Shown in pieces: positions 1 to 9,703 of a stretch of 64,000 nucleotides of DNA. Made by a program: the position numbers and the translations under genes. Positions within the stretch are counted from its first letter, which is position 1; every line of letters starts with the position of its first letter. The stretch is from Candidatus Parvarchaeum sp. (GTDB lineage: Archaea > Nanobdellota > Nanobdellia > Pacearchaeales > GW2011-AR1), in contig DYFY01000001.1 of assembly GCA_020724955.1 (NCBI GenBank), positions 2,046-66,045 of the forward strand. Direction: 5' to 3'. Under the pieces are notes generated by a model. It ran no database searches. It was not told where the DNA came from and saw nothing but the letters and a program-made list of their open reading frames with translations.

Positions 1-631
1 AAAGCAAAAATATAATTAAAATGATTATAAGGTATTTTAACCAATTTCTTTGTCTTTTTAGAATATTTATTCCCTCTTTTCCTAACCTCCATCCAAATTT
101 GATGGCAAAGAATAAAGAAGTTAAAATTAGAACTCCTCCTAATTTTATTATCCAAAGATTAATTTCATTCAGCTTTGTAGCATTAGAATAAAAAATATTA
201 AATCCGACTATAGAAGCAACAAAAATAAGTATTGTGGTTATCAGATAATTTGCTCTACTACTATAATCATATTTATAATGTTCTCGCTTTTTTAACCAAT
301 AAATTAAATCTTCATATTTTGTTAAAAAATAGTTTTTAACTTTGCTATTAAAATCTTGTTTTTTATTATTTCTTTTGGAATGAGATTTATATATGTCCTT
401 TCTGGGTCTTTCTATAATTTCTTCTGGTTTTTCATTTTCATATTGTTTGACTGATGAAAATATGGAAGCATCTCTCCATCTTTCAATATTTCTTTTCTTA
501 TATTCTTCTAAACCAATACAATCGTGAGACTCTGGTAATAAATGATTATGACAATGAATTTGACCACAAAATTTACATTTATGGGGTAAGACTCCATCTA
601 TCTTCTTGCCACAATAACTACATTCTGTCAT
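1..631 (-). CDS. AN1-type zinc finger protein with C-terminal transmembrane segments. The 3' end runs off the window; the ATG is at 631-629.
   Basis: I translated the minus strand by hand: MTECSYCGKKIDGVLPHKCKFCGQIHCHNHLLPESHDC matches the AN1 pattern C-x2-C-x10-C-x2-C-x4-C-x2-H-x5-H-x-C. Hydrophobic stretches follow. I found no stop down to position 2. It is absent from the ORF track because it is open at the window edge. Confidence 0.6.
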   Translation of the reverse strand, partial: MTECSYCGKKIDGVLPHKCKFCGQIHCHNHLLPESHDCIGLEEYKKRNIERWRDASIFSSVKQYENEKPEEIIERPRKDIYKSHSKRNNKKQDFNSKVKNYFLTKYEDLIYWLKKREHYKYDYSSRANYLITTILIFVASIVGFNIFYSNATKLNEINLWIIKLGGVLILTSLFFAIKFGWRLGKEGINILKRQRNWLKYLIIILIIFLL

Positions 632-639
632 GAAAATAA

Positions 640-1700
640 GTAGATTAAATCAGTTTATTAAAATTGCTAAATTGATTAAACCTTACTCATCTTAATCAAA
701 TCCAGCCACTTATTAACCCCTAATTCTAATTGAGGTATAGCAACTTCCGCAGGTGTCTTTTTGCCTAAAGACATATGTTTTCTATTAAAATTATAGTTAA
801 TTTCTAGACCTTTCATTATTGCGTGAGCAGATTCTAAACAACCATGAAAACCCCTCATGACCTTTGTTCTTTCTCTAATTGTATTATGCAATCTTTCAAT
901 AGGATAATTAAACCCTCTTTCATCTGCTATCACAACATTATGAACTATCTTACTTTTAGTTCTAGAAGAGGCATGATAAGGAGATTGTAAACTGAAGACT
1001 TTTCTTAATACTCTTGGATAGCCTCTTAATCCATCTGTTGTAACAATCTCAACTTGTTCTCCAACTTTAAACTTTGCTCTTTTCATAACTTTAATTAAAT
1101 TCTCATTAGTCCTACTTCTCATATATTCACCTGTTACCATAAATTTAGTTTCTACATCAAAAGCATCAACAAACCAATTCTGTTCTTTACCTTTCTGATA
1201 TTTACTTTTTCTTCTATAATATTCCATTTCATCGCTTTGCATTTCTTTCCCGCATTTTATTGGAATATTATCAATTAAGTTGCTGACCATTGTAGCATAT
1301 TTTACAATCCACCTATAAACTGACATATGGCTTGAATTATGAGGATAAAAAGCTTGAAAATGCTCTTGCACCTTTCTTAATGAAACGCCTTTGTAATATA
1401 AATCAATTCCAGCAGTAATTTTGTTCTCATTATTCCTCATTCTATAAAAACCATCATCAATAACAAATCTGAAGTTGCATTCATTACATCTATATCTTTG
1501 TATCTTTCCCCTGTTCTGCGTTTTTCTTTTACCATCTTTTTTAATCTGATTAAAATTACATTTAGGACAGATTACATTTTTATACTTCTGCTGAATTATA
1601 TCTTTGGATTTCATTTTGGTTGGTAGCCGATTTGGAATCTAGAGGGCTTTACGCCCTCTTTATTTTTACTTAACTAATAACTAATTATATAAGTAAGTTA
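640..1700. mobile_element. IS6-family-like insertion sequence carrying a single transposase. Boundaries are approximate; terminal inverted repeats were not resolved.
   Basis: A transposase ORF lies between a gene start (631) and an unrelated small gene (1793). A 7-bp-stem hairpin (AGAGGGC tttac GCCCTCT) sits at 1631-1649 in the flank. Family assignment is inferred from the transposase motifs. Confidence 0.4.
676..1614 (-). CDS. DDE transposase, IS6-family-like, with an N-terminal zinc ribbon
   Basis: N-terminal CPKC...CNEC zinc finger. DDE-region motifs are VDAFDVETKF and EIVTTDGLRGY. The C-terminal block IERLHNTIRERTKVMRGFHGCLESAHAIMKGLEINYNFNRKHMSLGKKTPAE resembles the IS6 (IS26-type) transposase tail. 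Confidence 0.75.
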   Translation of the reverse strand: MKSKDIIQQKYKNVICPKCNFNQIKKDGKRKTQNRGKIQRYRCNECNFRFVIDDGFYRMRNNENKITAGIDLYYKGVSLRKVQEHFQAFYPHNSSHMSVYRWIVKYATMVSNLIDNIPIKCGKEMQSDEMEYYRRKSKYQKGKEQNWFVDAFDVETKFMVTGEYMRSRTNENLIKVMKRAKFKVGEQVEIVTTDGLRGYPRVLRKVFSLQSPYHASSRTKSKIVHNVVIADERGFNYPIERLHNTIRERTKVMRGFHGCLESAHAIMKGLEINYNFNRKHMSLGKKTPAEVAIPQLELGVNKWLDLIKMSKV

Positions 1701-1792
1701 AACTATATAAATGTTTCGTTAACTAATTAGTAACTACATAGTTAATACTTTAGAAAGTAAGTTTTATAAAGAGCAAACCTCTATATTTAGAT

Positions 1793-1936
1793 ATGGCAGA
1801 AATAAAAATAGAAGTTAAAGGTTATAAATGTGAAAGGTGTAACCATGAGTGGATACCAAGAAAAAAAGAATATCCTACTTTATGCCCAAATTGTAAATCT
1901 GCTTATTGGGATAAACCAGCCAGGAAGAAGAAATAA
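1793..1936 (+). CDS. Small C4 zinc-ribbon protein, 47 aa
   Basis: Hand translation gives MAEIKIEVKGYKCERCNHEWIPRKKEYPTLCPNCKSAYWDKPARKKK, with two CxxC pairs. It is below the ORF-track length cutoff. Confidence 0.45.
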   Translation: MAEIKIEVKGYKCERCNHEWIPRKKEYPTLCPNCKSAYWDKPARKKK

Positions 1937-1961
1937 TTTTTTTGAGTCCAATAACTCCCGC

Positions 1962-2798
1962 TTACGTTACAATGTACCCGCCTTTTATTTTGCTTAGAGG
2001 AGTGAAATCCTTCCAGGCCGAGTTAAACATATGCCCCAAAGACTGCGCAAAAAAATCACTTGAAAGCCATACAGCTACGTCGTAGTTAGGGTGGACCTGT
2101 TTGTCGTCCAGCAGCATGAACATAAGCTGTTTATCATCTATAACGGCGAATCTTCCCAAAGATTTATTGTTGACTGACCTCACTTCAGCTACTTTGGATA
2201 GCTGTTTGGCGACCTTGTAGTTGCTTTCATTTATAGGCGCTGCAATTCTTATGTTTATTCCTCTTTTCCTGGCTTTTTCCATTGAAGGCATAAGCGCCTC
2301 CATTTTTCTGCTTAGACCATCTGCTGTTGTCACAATCACTGCATTTTTTTCTGCGTTGTTAATCATCATATCAAGATGGTTATACATATTTTGCCTGCCC
2401 TTTATGCTTCCGGATAAATCGGAAGGCTCCACGAACTTAATTCCATTTACAAACAGGCTGTTAAGCTCCTCTAGAACCTCATCACCCTTGAGCTTCTCAA
2501 GTCTTTTTGCTTTTTCATGAGCATCAACAACAAGATTCTTTTTCACTCTTTCTATGACTTCTTCTGGTTTTAGGGCGATAAACTTGATGGGTTTTCCCAG
2601 TTTCATCACAATGAATCCTTTTTTTTCAAGACTTTCAAGAATGTCATAAGTCCTAGATCTTGGAACATCAGAGATATTGCTTAATTCTCCAGCAGTGGAA
2701 ACTCCTCTGGACAGCAAGGAGGTCCAGACCTTGACCTCGTATAGGTTTAAGTCAAATATTTTTCTCAGCCTGCTTAAAAACTCTTCATTAACTATCAT
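1962..2798 (-). CDS. trmB: TrmB-family transcriptional regulator (winged HTH plus TrmB C-terminal domain)
   Basis: N-terminal wHTH (LYEVKVWTSLLSRGVSTAGELSNISDVPRSRTYDILESLEKKGFI) and length are typical of TrmB sugar regulators. Confidence 0.7.
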   Translation of the reverse strand: MIVNEEFLSRLRKIFDLNLYEVKVWTSLLSRGVSTAGELSNISDVPRSRTYDILESLEKKGFIVMKLGKPIKFIALKPEEVIERVKKNLVVDAHEKAKRLEKLKGDEVLEELNSLFVNGIKFVEPSDLSGSIKGRQNMYNHLDMMINNAEKNAVIVTTADGLSRKMEALMPSMEKARKRGINIRIAAPINESNYKVAKQLSKVAEVRSVNNKSLGRFAVIDDKQLMFMLLDDKQVHPNYDVAVWLSSDFFAQSLGHMFNSAWKDFTPLSKIKGGYIVT

Positions 2799-2880
2799 CT
2801 TAATTTATAGCCTACCAAAGCCAGCTGAGTATTTAAATGTTTTTCCAGATTTGTTGCTACGGAATTACGAAACTTTCCGG

Positions 2881-5682
2881 TTAATTCAGCCTGCAGATTT
2901 TAATGCCAAACTCATGATTTTTGATTTTAAACTCGGCAAAACCATTTTTGTCGTCGGTAAATTCGATTTTTTTTGAGTTTGTTCTTTCTCTGATAAATTC
3001 AAGCTGATTTTTCAGCTTTTTTGCCATTTCAGAATCCGCATTTATATAAAGCTCTATCGGATTCTCTTTTTTAAGACCCATGTTTTTTCTTTCAGCCTGA
3101 ACTCTTCTGGCAATCTCTCTGGCAAAACCCTCTGCTTCGAGCTCGGGAGTTATTTTAGTGTCAAGCTCAACTTTTATTTCACTTGTTTTTTCTTTTTTCC
3201 AGACTATTTTTTTTATGTTAAGCTCATCAAGAATTATTTTTTCTAATTTGTTACTAAGCTTTATACCATAGACAGAGATTTTTAAAAGAGGTTGCCTAAC
3301 AGATATTCCATTTCTATCTCTTTCCTTCAGGGCTAAACTAACTAATTCTCTAGCCAAATCCATTTCTTTATTTAATTTATCATTTATTTTGTTGGTTTCA
3401 ACTTTAGGCCAGCTTTGTAGATGCACAGATCTTTTATACATTTTGAGATAGATAGACTCGGTCGAGAAAGGAAGAACAGGAGCAAGGACTCTACAAGTTT
3501 TCTCCAACACAATTTCTAACACTTTTTTAGCTTCACCAGCTTCATCACTATTAAATCTATCTCTGCTTCTTCTTAAATACCAAGTAGATAAGTCCTCTAT
3601 AAATTTTCTAATGTGTCTAGTAGCGTTCACGCTATCGTATTCATTAAGGGATTTTTCTACATCTCTATTTAGCTCGTTTAGTCTGGATATTATCCATTCA
3701 TCCAAGATATTTTTTGATCTAACAATTTTGGCAGATCTGATGTCTGAATTCATAGAGTAAAAGTTGCTTACATTGTAAAGAAGCAAGAGAACTTTCTTAT
3801 ATATCTCCTCCACACCTTTCTCAGAAAACCTCACATCTTCGGATTTCATAACTGGAGAATCCAGAAAATAAAATCTCAACGCATCCGCTCCAAATTTCTC
3901 AATCATTTTCATTGGATCCGGGAAATTACCTTTTGACTTGCTCATTTTTTCTCCATCTTCAGCTAAAATATTCCCAGTAGTTAAAACATTTAGAAAGGGA
4001 GGTTTTCCAAATACTAGTGAAGACACGACGAGGCTATAATAGAACCATGTTCTAGTTTGAGCTATATATTCTGAAACAAAATCTCCTGGAAAGTTATTCT
4101 CGAACCATTTCTTATTCTCCATTGGGTAATGAACCTGGGCAAAAGGCATAGATCCAGATTCAAACCAACAGTCCATAACTTCAGAAACTCTGCTCATAGA
4201 CTTTCCACATTTACACTTAAGTCTCACTTTATCCATCATATGTTTGTGTAAATCTAATTTAGGTGGAAGATTAATTGCTTCTTTCTTAAGTTCAGCCACA
4301 CTTCCAATAACTTTTATTTCTCCACAATCACATTTCCATATAGGGATTACAGAAGCCCAATACCTATTTCTAGAAATGTTCCAGTCAGGCGCACTTTCCA
4401 AATTTTTTCTAAATCTTCCTTCTTTAAGATAATGCGGAAACCAATTTATCTTTTCGTTATTCTTTAACAATAATTTTTTCATTTTTTGTATATCGATAAA
4501 CCAGGAGGGGAGCAAGGCATAGAATAAAGGAGTGTTACACCGATAACAGAAGGGATAAGAATGGAGATGCTTTTCTTTTTTGTACAATAGGTTTCTCGAC
4601 TCTAAATCTTCTATAACTTCTTTATCAACATCCTTAAACCATTTGCCTATCCATTTTCTAGGCCCCAAATTTAATTTTCCCTCTTTACCTATGTGTTCTA
4701 TCAGGGGAAGATCATATTTCTTAATCATTTCATAATCAAATTCCCCGTAAGCAGCCATATGTACTATTCCTGTTCCGTCTATAGTGCTAACGCCATCTCC
4801 TCCAGAGATTACATAATAGCCTCTCTTTTCTGTTGGAATATTATAAAGGGGTTCATATTCTGTATCTTCTAAATCAGAGCCTTTAAATTCAGACAATATT
4901 TTGTATTCCCCAGTTAGTTCATTTAATCTTTCTGTTGCAAGAATGTAGACTTCACCTTTGTTCTTGATTTTAACATATTTGGCACCGGGGTTTACTGCCA
5001 AAGCAGCATTTCCTACTAGAGTCCAAGGTGTAGTAGTCCAAGCTAGGAGGAACTCATCTTTGTTTTTAATTTTAAATTTAACAACGACACTTTCTTCTTT
5101 AATATTCTTGTAGCTGTTATCCATGGCAATCTCTGCATTTGCAAGAGGAGTTTCGCATCTAGGACAATAAAGCAGCACTTTTCGGCCTTCGTAAATTAAA
5201 CCCTTCTTCCATATTTCTTTAAATGCCCACCAAACAGACTCCATATATTTATTGTCCATTGTTTTGTAAGATTTATCGAATTCAACCCATCTACCAAGTC
5301 TTTCTATTGTGTTTTTCCATTCATTAGCATAGCCTAAAACCATTTTTCTGCAACTTTCACAGAATTTATCCACACCATAACGCTCTATATCTTTTTTAGA
5401 TTTAAACCCGAGTTTTTTTTCAGCTATATTTTCAACGGGAAGCCCATGACAATCCCATCCCCAAACTCTTTCAACTTTATACCCTTTCATTGTCCAGAAC
5501 CGGGGTATGGTGTCTTTTATTGTGCTAGCTAACAGATGTCCATAATGTGGCAATCCAGTGGCAAACGGAGGCCCGTCATAAAAAACAAAGCTTTTCTTTT
5601 TTCCAACTAAAGATTTCTGAAAAGTTTTATCTTTTTTCCAGAATTTCAAAACTTCAAGTTCTCTGGAGCTCACATCAACCAT
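2881..5682 (-). CDS. ileS: Isoleucyl-tRNA synthetase, eukaryote/archaea type
   Basis: HIGH-region motif GPPFATGLPHYGHLL and the KMSKS motif KMSKSKGN. 933 aa, class I long-editing architecture. Confidence 0.9.
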   Translation of the reverse strand: MVDVSSRELEVLKFWKKDKTFQKSLVGKKKSFVFYDGPPFATGLPHYGHLLASTIKDTIPRFWTMKGYKVERVWGWDCHGLPVENIAEKKLGFKSKKDIERYGVDKFCESCRKMVLGYANEWKNTIERLGRWVEFDKSYKTMDNKYMESVWWAFKEIWKKGLIYEGRKVLLYCPRCETPLANAEIAMDNSYKNIKEESVVVKFKIKNKDEFLLAWTTTPWTLVGNAALAVNPGAKYVKIKNKGEVYILATERLNELTGEYKILSEFKGSDLEDTEYEPLYNIPTEKRGYYVISGGDGVSTIDGTGIVHMAAYGEFDYEMIKKYDLPLIEHIGKEGKLNLGPRKWIGKWFKDVDKEVIEDLESRNLLYKKEKHLHSYPFCYRCNTPLFYALLPSWFIDIQKMKKLLLKNNEKINWFPHYLKEGRFRKNLESAPDWNISRNRYWASVIPIWKCDCGEIKVIGSVAELKKEAINLPPKLDLHKHMMDKVRLKCKCGKSMSRVSEVMDCWFESGSMPFAQVHYPMENKKWFENNFPGDFVSEYIAQTRTWFYYSLVVSSLVFGKPPFLNVLTTGNILAEDGEKMSKSKGNFPDPMKMIEKFGADALRFYFLDSPVMKSEDVRFSEKGVEEIYKKVLLLLYNVSNFYSMNSDIRSAKIVRSKNILDEWIISRLNELNRDVEKSLNEYDSVNATRHIRKFIEDLSTWYLRRSRDRFNSDEAGEAKKVLEIVLEKTCRVLAPVLPFSTESIYLKMYKRSVHLQSWPKVETNKINDKLNKEMDLARELVSLALKERDRNGISVRQPLLKISVYGIKLSNKLEKIILDELNIKKIVWKKEKTSEIKVELDTKITPELEAEGFAREIARRVQAERKNMGLKKENPIELYINADSEMAKKLKNQLEFIRERTNSKKIEFTDDKNGFAEFKIKNHEFGIKICRLN

Positions 5683-5712
5683 ACAAATATTCAGAACAAA
5701 GCCTTTTATATC

Positions 5713-5964
5713 TTACTTTTGCCATTTTTCATTGAAGCTTTTTTCTAAAGCAGTGAAGGACACCAGGATAATAAAGCTTGAGACAAGAGTTATCTCGGTT
5801 TTTCCTGAAATCCCTCCTATGAATCCCGCTATTAGTGAAGATACCGAGATAGCCTTAAACCAGAACCTTCCGTTAACCAGCTCGTCTCTGGAAAGCCATG
5901 AAATGTACAGACCGACTGGAACAGACAGGGAAAGCAGCAATAAAACAATTAGATTTTCTTTCAT
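5713..5964 (-). CDS. Small membrane protein
   Basis: 83-aa ORF with two hydrophobic helices, adjoining the next minus-strand gene. Confidence 0.35.
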   Translation of the reverse strand: MKENLIVLLLLSLSVPVGLYISWLSRDELVNGRFWFKAISVSSLIAGFIGGISGKTEITLVSSFIILVSFTALEKSFNEKWQK

Positions 5965-6737
5965 TTTCTGCTTTTCTTTTTACCTCTTTTTTCAGCCTTC
6001 TTTTTTTTGGAAAATACAATAAAAAGTATCAATCCTATAAACACAAAGACTGCTCCGATAACAAAGGTTGTTAAGAGGTAGGCGTGAATATTTGATGCAA
6101 GTCCGTCAATCAGGGAAGATATATTGCCTGGAATTGTGCCGATTCCGGATTCGGCAAGACCTTGCTTTATTGCCAGGAGAATATTGGCTTTTACGCCTTC
6201 AACTGCAATGAATCCTGCTCCGACCGATAAGGCAGATACACCTATAATTAACATTGATATTACAGGAACAATAAAGGAGATGGCAAGCGCTAAAACCATA
6301 GAGGCGATGCCAAACACCCAGGACAGCATTTTTACCAATTTTAGCTTGCTTTCAATTCCCAGACTTTCTATTTTTGCAACAATGTCTTTTTTTATTTCTT
6401 CCTTAACGAGCTCTTTAAATTCAGACTTTCCAGCTTCTTCAAGCTCAGAGCAGTTGATTTTTATTTTAATCTCCTCATCTTCATTTCCGAAAAAGACTCT
6501 GTCCGCGCTTTTGCATTTTTCCAGCAGGTTTCCTGCAATATTATTAAAATCAGTATCATTGAATTCTGCTTCCACAACATCTTCGACCGCTGCGTCGACA
6601 ACTTCTTCTACAAGCCCGTTGATGTTTTTTTCTTCAATGACTGATGATATTGAGCTGAGAGAAACAAAAGCCGCCAGACTGAAAGCTAGCAAAACTCCAA
6701 GGAAAATTGCTGTCAGGGTTTTGAAAATCCACTCCAT
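5961..6737 (-). CDS. Membrane protein with an acidic N-terminal region and Lys-rich C-terminus
   Basis: 258-aa ORF with several TM segments and a KKKKAEKRGKKKSRK tail. No recognisable catalytic motif. Confidence 0.5.
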   Translation of the reverse strand: MEWIFKTLTAIFLGVLLAFSLAAFVSLSSISSVIEEKNINGLVEEVVDAAVEDVVEAEFNDTDFNNIAGNLLEKCKSADRVFFGNEDEEIKIKINCSELEEAGKSEFKELVKEEIKKDIVAKIESLGIESKLKLVKMLSWVFGIASMVLALAISFIVPVISMLIIGVSALSVGAGFIAVEGVKANILLAIKQGLAESGIGTIPGNISSLIDGLASNIHAYLLTTFVIGAVFVFIGLILFIVFSKKKKAEKRGKKKSRK

Positions 6738-7007
6738 TTAATCCAGCTTGTCTATCTTTTTTGCAAGCTCAAAATCCTTTTCAGTAAGGCTGTTTTCAGA
6801 ATGGGTAAAAATTTTGAGTTTTACCTTATTATAGCTGATGATTATGTCCGGATGATGCCCTGCTTCTTCGGATATTTCACCGACTTTGTTGACAAAAATC
6901 AACGCCTCTTTGAAATTTGAGAACTCAAATACTTTGCATATTGAACTGTTTTCCAAGCTCCAATTTTTTAGATTTCCAAGCTCCAATGTAATTTTTTTCA
7001 GCTCCAT
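6738..7007 (-). CDS. Pterin-4a-carbinolamine dehydratase (PCD/DCoH)
   Basis: EEAGHHPDIIISY matches the PCD signature [E]-x3-H-H-P-x5-6-[YW]. About 90 aa, typical size. Confidence 0.7.
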   Translation of the reverse strand: MELKKITLELGNLKNWSLENSSICKVFEFSNFKEALIFVNKVGEISEEAGHHPDIIISYNKVKLKIFTHSENSLTEKDFELAKKIDKLD

Positions 7008-7694
7008 TTACTTTCCTATTATTTTTTTAAGCCTGAGAGCTTCTTTTTTTTCTTCTTCGGCGTGTTTCTTTATACTTTTAAGCTCTTTTTCCTTGGCCTT
7101 GAGCTGTCTTTTCAGCTCTTCAATCTGGTATTTCTCCTCTTTTATATTCCTTATTTTCTCTTTTTTCTTTTCTCTCTCAATGTATTTGAAAAGTTTTCTG
7201 GCAGGGAGCTTTAGCAAATTGAATATTATTGAAAGCCCGAGCACTATTATTATCAAAGAAACAAGCATCTCAAAGTTGCTCGGCAGTTTGGAATATACAA
7301 ATAAAATTATCGCAAAGGCAGACAAATTGATTGTCATGGGAGAGCTGATGTATTTTGCAAATCTTTCCGGCAGGATATGCTCAAAGTTGAACCTCAGCAG
7401 AATTGAGCCTATTAGAAGCAGAAAAACTGCGGCGAGGCTTTTGCTTTGATAATAAATGAAATTTACGGCTCCGGCATTGTCTATGCTATGTATATATCTC
7501 AAAAGACCCATGGAGACAAAAATCAAAACAAGTGAGTTGGTGAGGTATGTGTTCCATCCCGGGTTTTCGTCGCTGTATCTTCCGAAATAAAGAATAATCA
7601 GCAGTGTAGCGAATACAAGTGGAATTACGTTCCAAAGCACTTCAGGCTCAAAGGTCAGAGCCAGCAAGCTTAGAATAGTTTCATATAAAGCCAT
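7008..7694 (-). CDS. Membrane protein with a C-terminal coiled-coil/charged tail
   Basis: Four to five TM helices, then KKEKIRNIKEEKYQIEELKRQLKAKEKELK. Confidence 0.5.
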   Translation of the reverse strand: MALYETILSLLALTFEPEVLWNVIPLVFATLLIILYFGRYSDENPGWNTYLTNSLVLIFVSMGLLRYIHSIDNAGAVNFIYYQSKSLAAVFLLLIGSILLRFNFEHILPERFAKYISSPMTINLSAFAIILFVYSKLPSNFEMLVSLIIIVLGLSIIFNLLKLPARKLFKYIEREKKKEKIRNIKEEKYQIEELKRQLKAKEKELKSIKKHAEEEKKEALRLKKIIGK

Positions 7695-8009
7695 CTTAAT
7701 CGGTTAAGAAAGTGAATGTTTATACTTAAATGTTTTCAGGCATCTTATTTATGGATTCTTCTGTATCAAAATCAATTTTATGTTTCTATCTTTGCTCCGT
7801 TAGTTTCTCGTCAGCACTTCCAAACATAGGAAATTTACAATAGATAAAGTTAGTTGTTTTTGTCCCACTTAGCAACTTCTAACTAAACATTCGGGACTTA
7901 TCAACTTATTGGAGAAAACAGCAAACCACTATTTTAATTGAAAAAGAATAGGCAAAACATTAATTTTTACTGCAAAGATTTAAATATTTGTAGCTACAAT
8001 AGTAATACT

Positions 8010-8258
8010 ATGGTAATGGATACAATTCAGGTAAGGTTGGGTCCAGGTCTTGTAAAGAAAATAGATGAATTAGTTGGAACTGGAGTTTATTCTAGTCGGT
8101 CGGATGTATTGAGGGACGCTGTCAGAAGGCTTGTTTTAGATAAATTAGCGGGAGTAATTTCTGGAAAAGAAGATTCAATAAAACAAATAAAGAATATACG
8201 AAAGAATTTATCTAAAGAGAAGTTTGATTTGGATGAAATAAACTCGCTTGCAGATTAA
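8010..8258 (+). CDS. Ribbon-helix-helix (CopG-like) DNA-binding protein, possible antitoxin
   Basis: MVMDTIQVRLGPGLVKKIDELVGTGVYSSRSDVLRDAVRRLV fits the RHH fold pattern. The start is moved to the internal ATG at 8010; the ORF-track start is 7938. Confidence 0.55.
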   Translation: MVMDTIQVRLGPGLVKKIDELVGTGVYSSRSDVLRDAVRRLVLDKLAGVISGKEDSIKQIKNIRKNLSKEKFDLDEINSLAD

Positions 8259-8680
8259 ACTTCTTCCGGTTTTGAAACTTTCACATGTTTTTTGGCGAAA
8301 ATTATTAACTCTTCATCTCTTGTTATAAGATTTAAATTTAATCTCTTAGCGATTGCAATATGAATATAATCATAAAAACTTAGAGAATTATCCTCTTTCT
8401 CCCATTTTCTTGCAAGATCATAATCTTCTGGATATGTTTTGATAATTTTAACACATTCGGATTCTTTCAGAAAATCCTTAATCGGTTTAAATTTGTTTCT
8501 TGCCACAAAATAAATTTCTTTTAAGGCTATACTGGAAACTATTATTTTCTCATTGTTTTCCTCAACTTTCTCAATAAAATTCCTGGCAGATTTCCAGTAA
8601 GGCTTGTTCTTTTCTGGACCTGTTTCTTTTTTGAATAAATTAAGCCAAATACAAGTGTCTAAATAATAGTCAGTCTTCAT
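8255..8680 (-). CDS. PIN-domain protein (VapC-like ribonuclease)
   Basis: N-terminal YLDTCIWLNLF with the conserved Asp, and later acidic residues, in a 141-aa PIN-like layout. Confidence 0.7.
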   Translation of the reverse strand: MKTDYYLDTCIWLNLFKKETGPEKNKPYWKSARNFIEKVEENNEKIIVSSIALKEIYFVARNKFKPIKDFLKESECVKIIKTYPEDYDLARKWEKEDNSLSFYDYIHIAIAKRLNLNLITRDEELIIFAKKHVKVSKPEEV

Positions 8681-8773
8681 TTAGGTACAAGAAACCACAA
8701 TTTAATAAAACTAATCTTGTAGTTCAGACTCTCGGTTTTTCCAAAATAAATATTTAGCGATAGTAAAAAGTGA

Positions 8774-8857
8774 CGCCCGGACCAGGATTTGAACCTGGGA
8801 ATCCACGAGGGAAACGGGATTAGCAATCCCGCGCCGTAACCACTGGGCCATCCGGGC
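8774..8857 (-). tRNA. tRNA-Ser(GCT), class II with long variable arm
   Basis: Reverse complement is GCCCGGA..GGGAT-TGCTAAT-ATCCC..long variable arm..CCAGG-TTCAAAT-CCTGG-TCCGGGC-G. Anticodon GCU. CCA is not encoded. Confidence 0.85.
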
Positions 8858-8914
8858 ACAACTTATTAGGACAGAATTAGCTTTTAAATATTGCCCAGGC
8901 AAAACTCACGAAGT

Positions 8915-9298
8915 TTACTTTCTCTTCTTATTAGGAAACGCCCATTTTCCAAGACCAAAAGCATACATCACAATTAACGATACGAATATCAGCAAATCTC
9001 TTTCCAGTCCGGAGCCAATTCCTCTTTCCATTGAGCCGGGTATTTGAACTCCGAGCAGAGCCACTATTATTACTGCAAACAACGGATATATTATGTAAGG
9101 GAACCATAAGCCGATAATTAACAAGATTCCGAACACTACTTCCACTATCCCGACCAACATTCCAATTTCTCCGGGAAGCCCTAAAAGAGCCGGAGAGCTT
9201 CCTATTTTGGGATATCCATGCCAGACAAAAACAAGCCCAACCAGAACTCTAAGCAAAAATAATGAAATTCCTTTCACAGACTCTTTATTGCTCGGCAT
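8915..9298 (-). CDS. DoxX-family membrane protein
   Basis: LLRVLVGLVFVWHGYPKI and four TM helices are typical of DoxX. Confidence 0.65.
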   Translation of the reverse strand: MPSNKESVKGISLFLLRVLVGLVFVWHGYPKIGSSPALLGLPGEIGMLVGIVEVVFGILLIIGLWFPYIIYPLFAVIIVALLGVQIPGSMERGIGSGLERDLLIFVSLIVMYAFGLGKWAFPNKKRK

Positions 9299-9408
9299 GT
9301 AGCGGAGAGCTTTTCGGACTTTTTATATCTTTTTGTTTTTTAAATAAGAGCGCTTAAAATTGCACAAAAAAGCCAGTCTTACTGAATATGAAACAAAGAT
9401 GATCTTCT

Positions 9409-9651
9409 TTATTTTTCATATTTGTTTTCTTTCAGCTTTTTTTCAGCCCTTTCAATCATATTCTTCTTCAGACCTATGAACACACCGCCGTCCTTTCCGC
9501 CGACGTAAGTGTTTTCTCCTGATTTTATTATTTTGTTTAATTCAGGGAGCTCTATATCAATGTGAGTTACACTGGCATTTGATTTGCCTTTCAGGTGCAG
9601 ATAAACATCTGCTTTTCCGATTTTTATTTTTCCTTCTCCAGGTCCTGACAT
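9409..9651 (-). CDS. Hypothetical small protein
   Basis: 80-aa Gly/Lys-rich ORF with no recognisable motif. Confidence 0.35.
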   Translation of the reverse strand: MSGPGEGKIKIGKADVYLHLKGKSNASVTHIDIELPELNKIIKSGENTYVGGKDGGVFIGLKKNMIERAEKKLKENKYEK

Positions 9652-9703
9652 AAATTAAGCAGGACGCTAAAGTTTAAAAGTGCTTCTTTGCCATTAATAT
9701 TGC

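Noticed and set aside
2221-2976. Plus-strand ORFs 2221-2520 and 2677-2976
   Set aside because: They are antisense to the trmB and ileS coding regions, with low-complexity Leu/Ser/Phe-rich translations typical of an AT-rich reverse frame.
6124-7449. Plus-strand ORFs 6124-6741 and 6886-7449
   Set aside because: They are antisense shadows of the minus-strand membrane-protein and PCD genes, Ser/Thr/Phe-rich with no motifs.
8677-8902. Two track ORFs (8677-8859 and 8711-8902, minus strand)
   Set aside because: They lie entirely over tRNA-Ser(GCT) and its flanks. The GC-rich tRNA creates an artefactual open frame.
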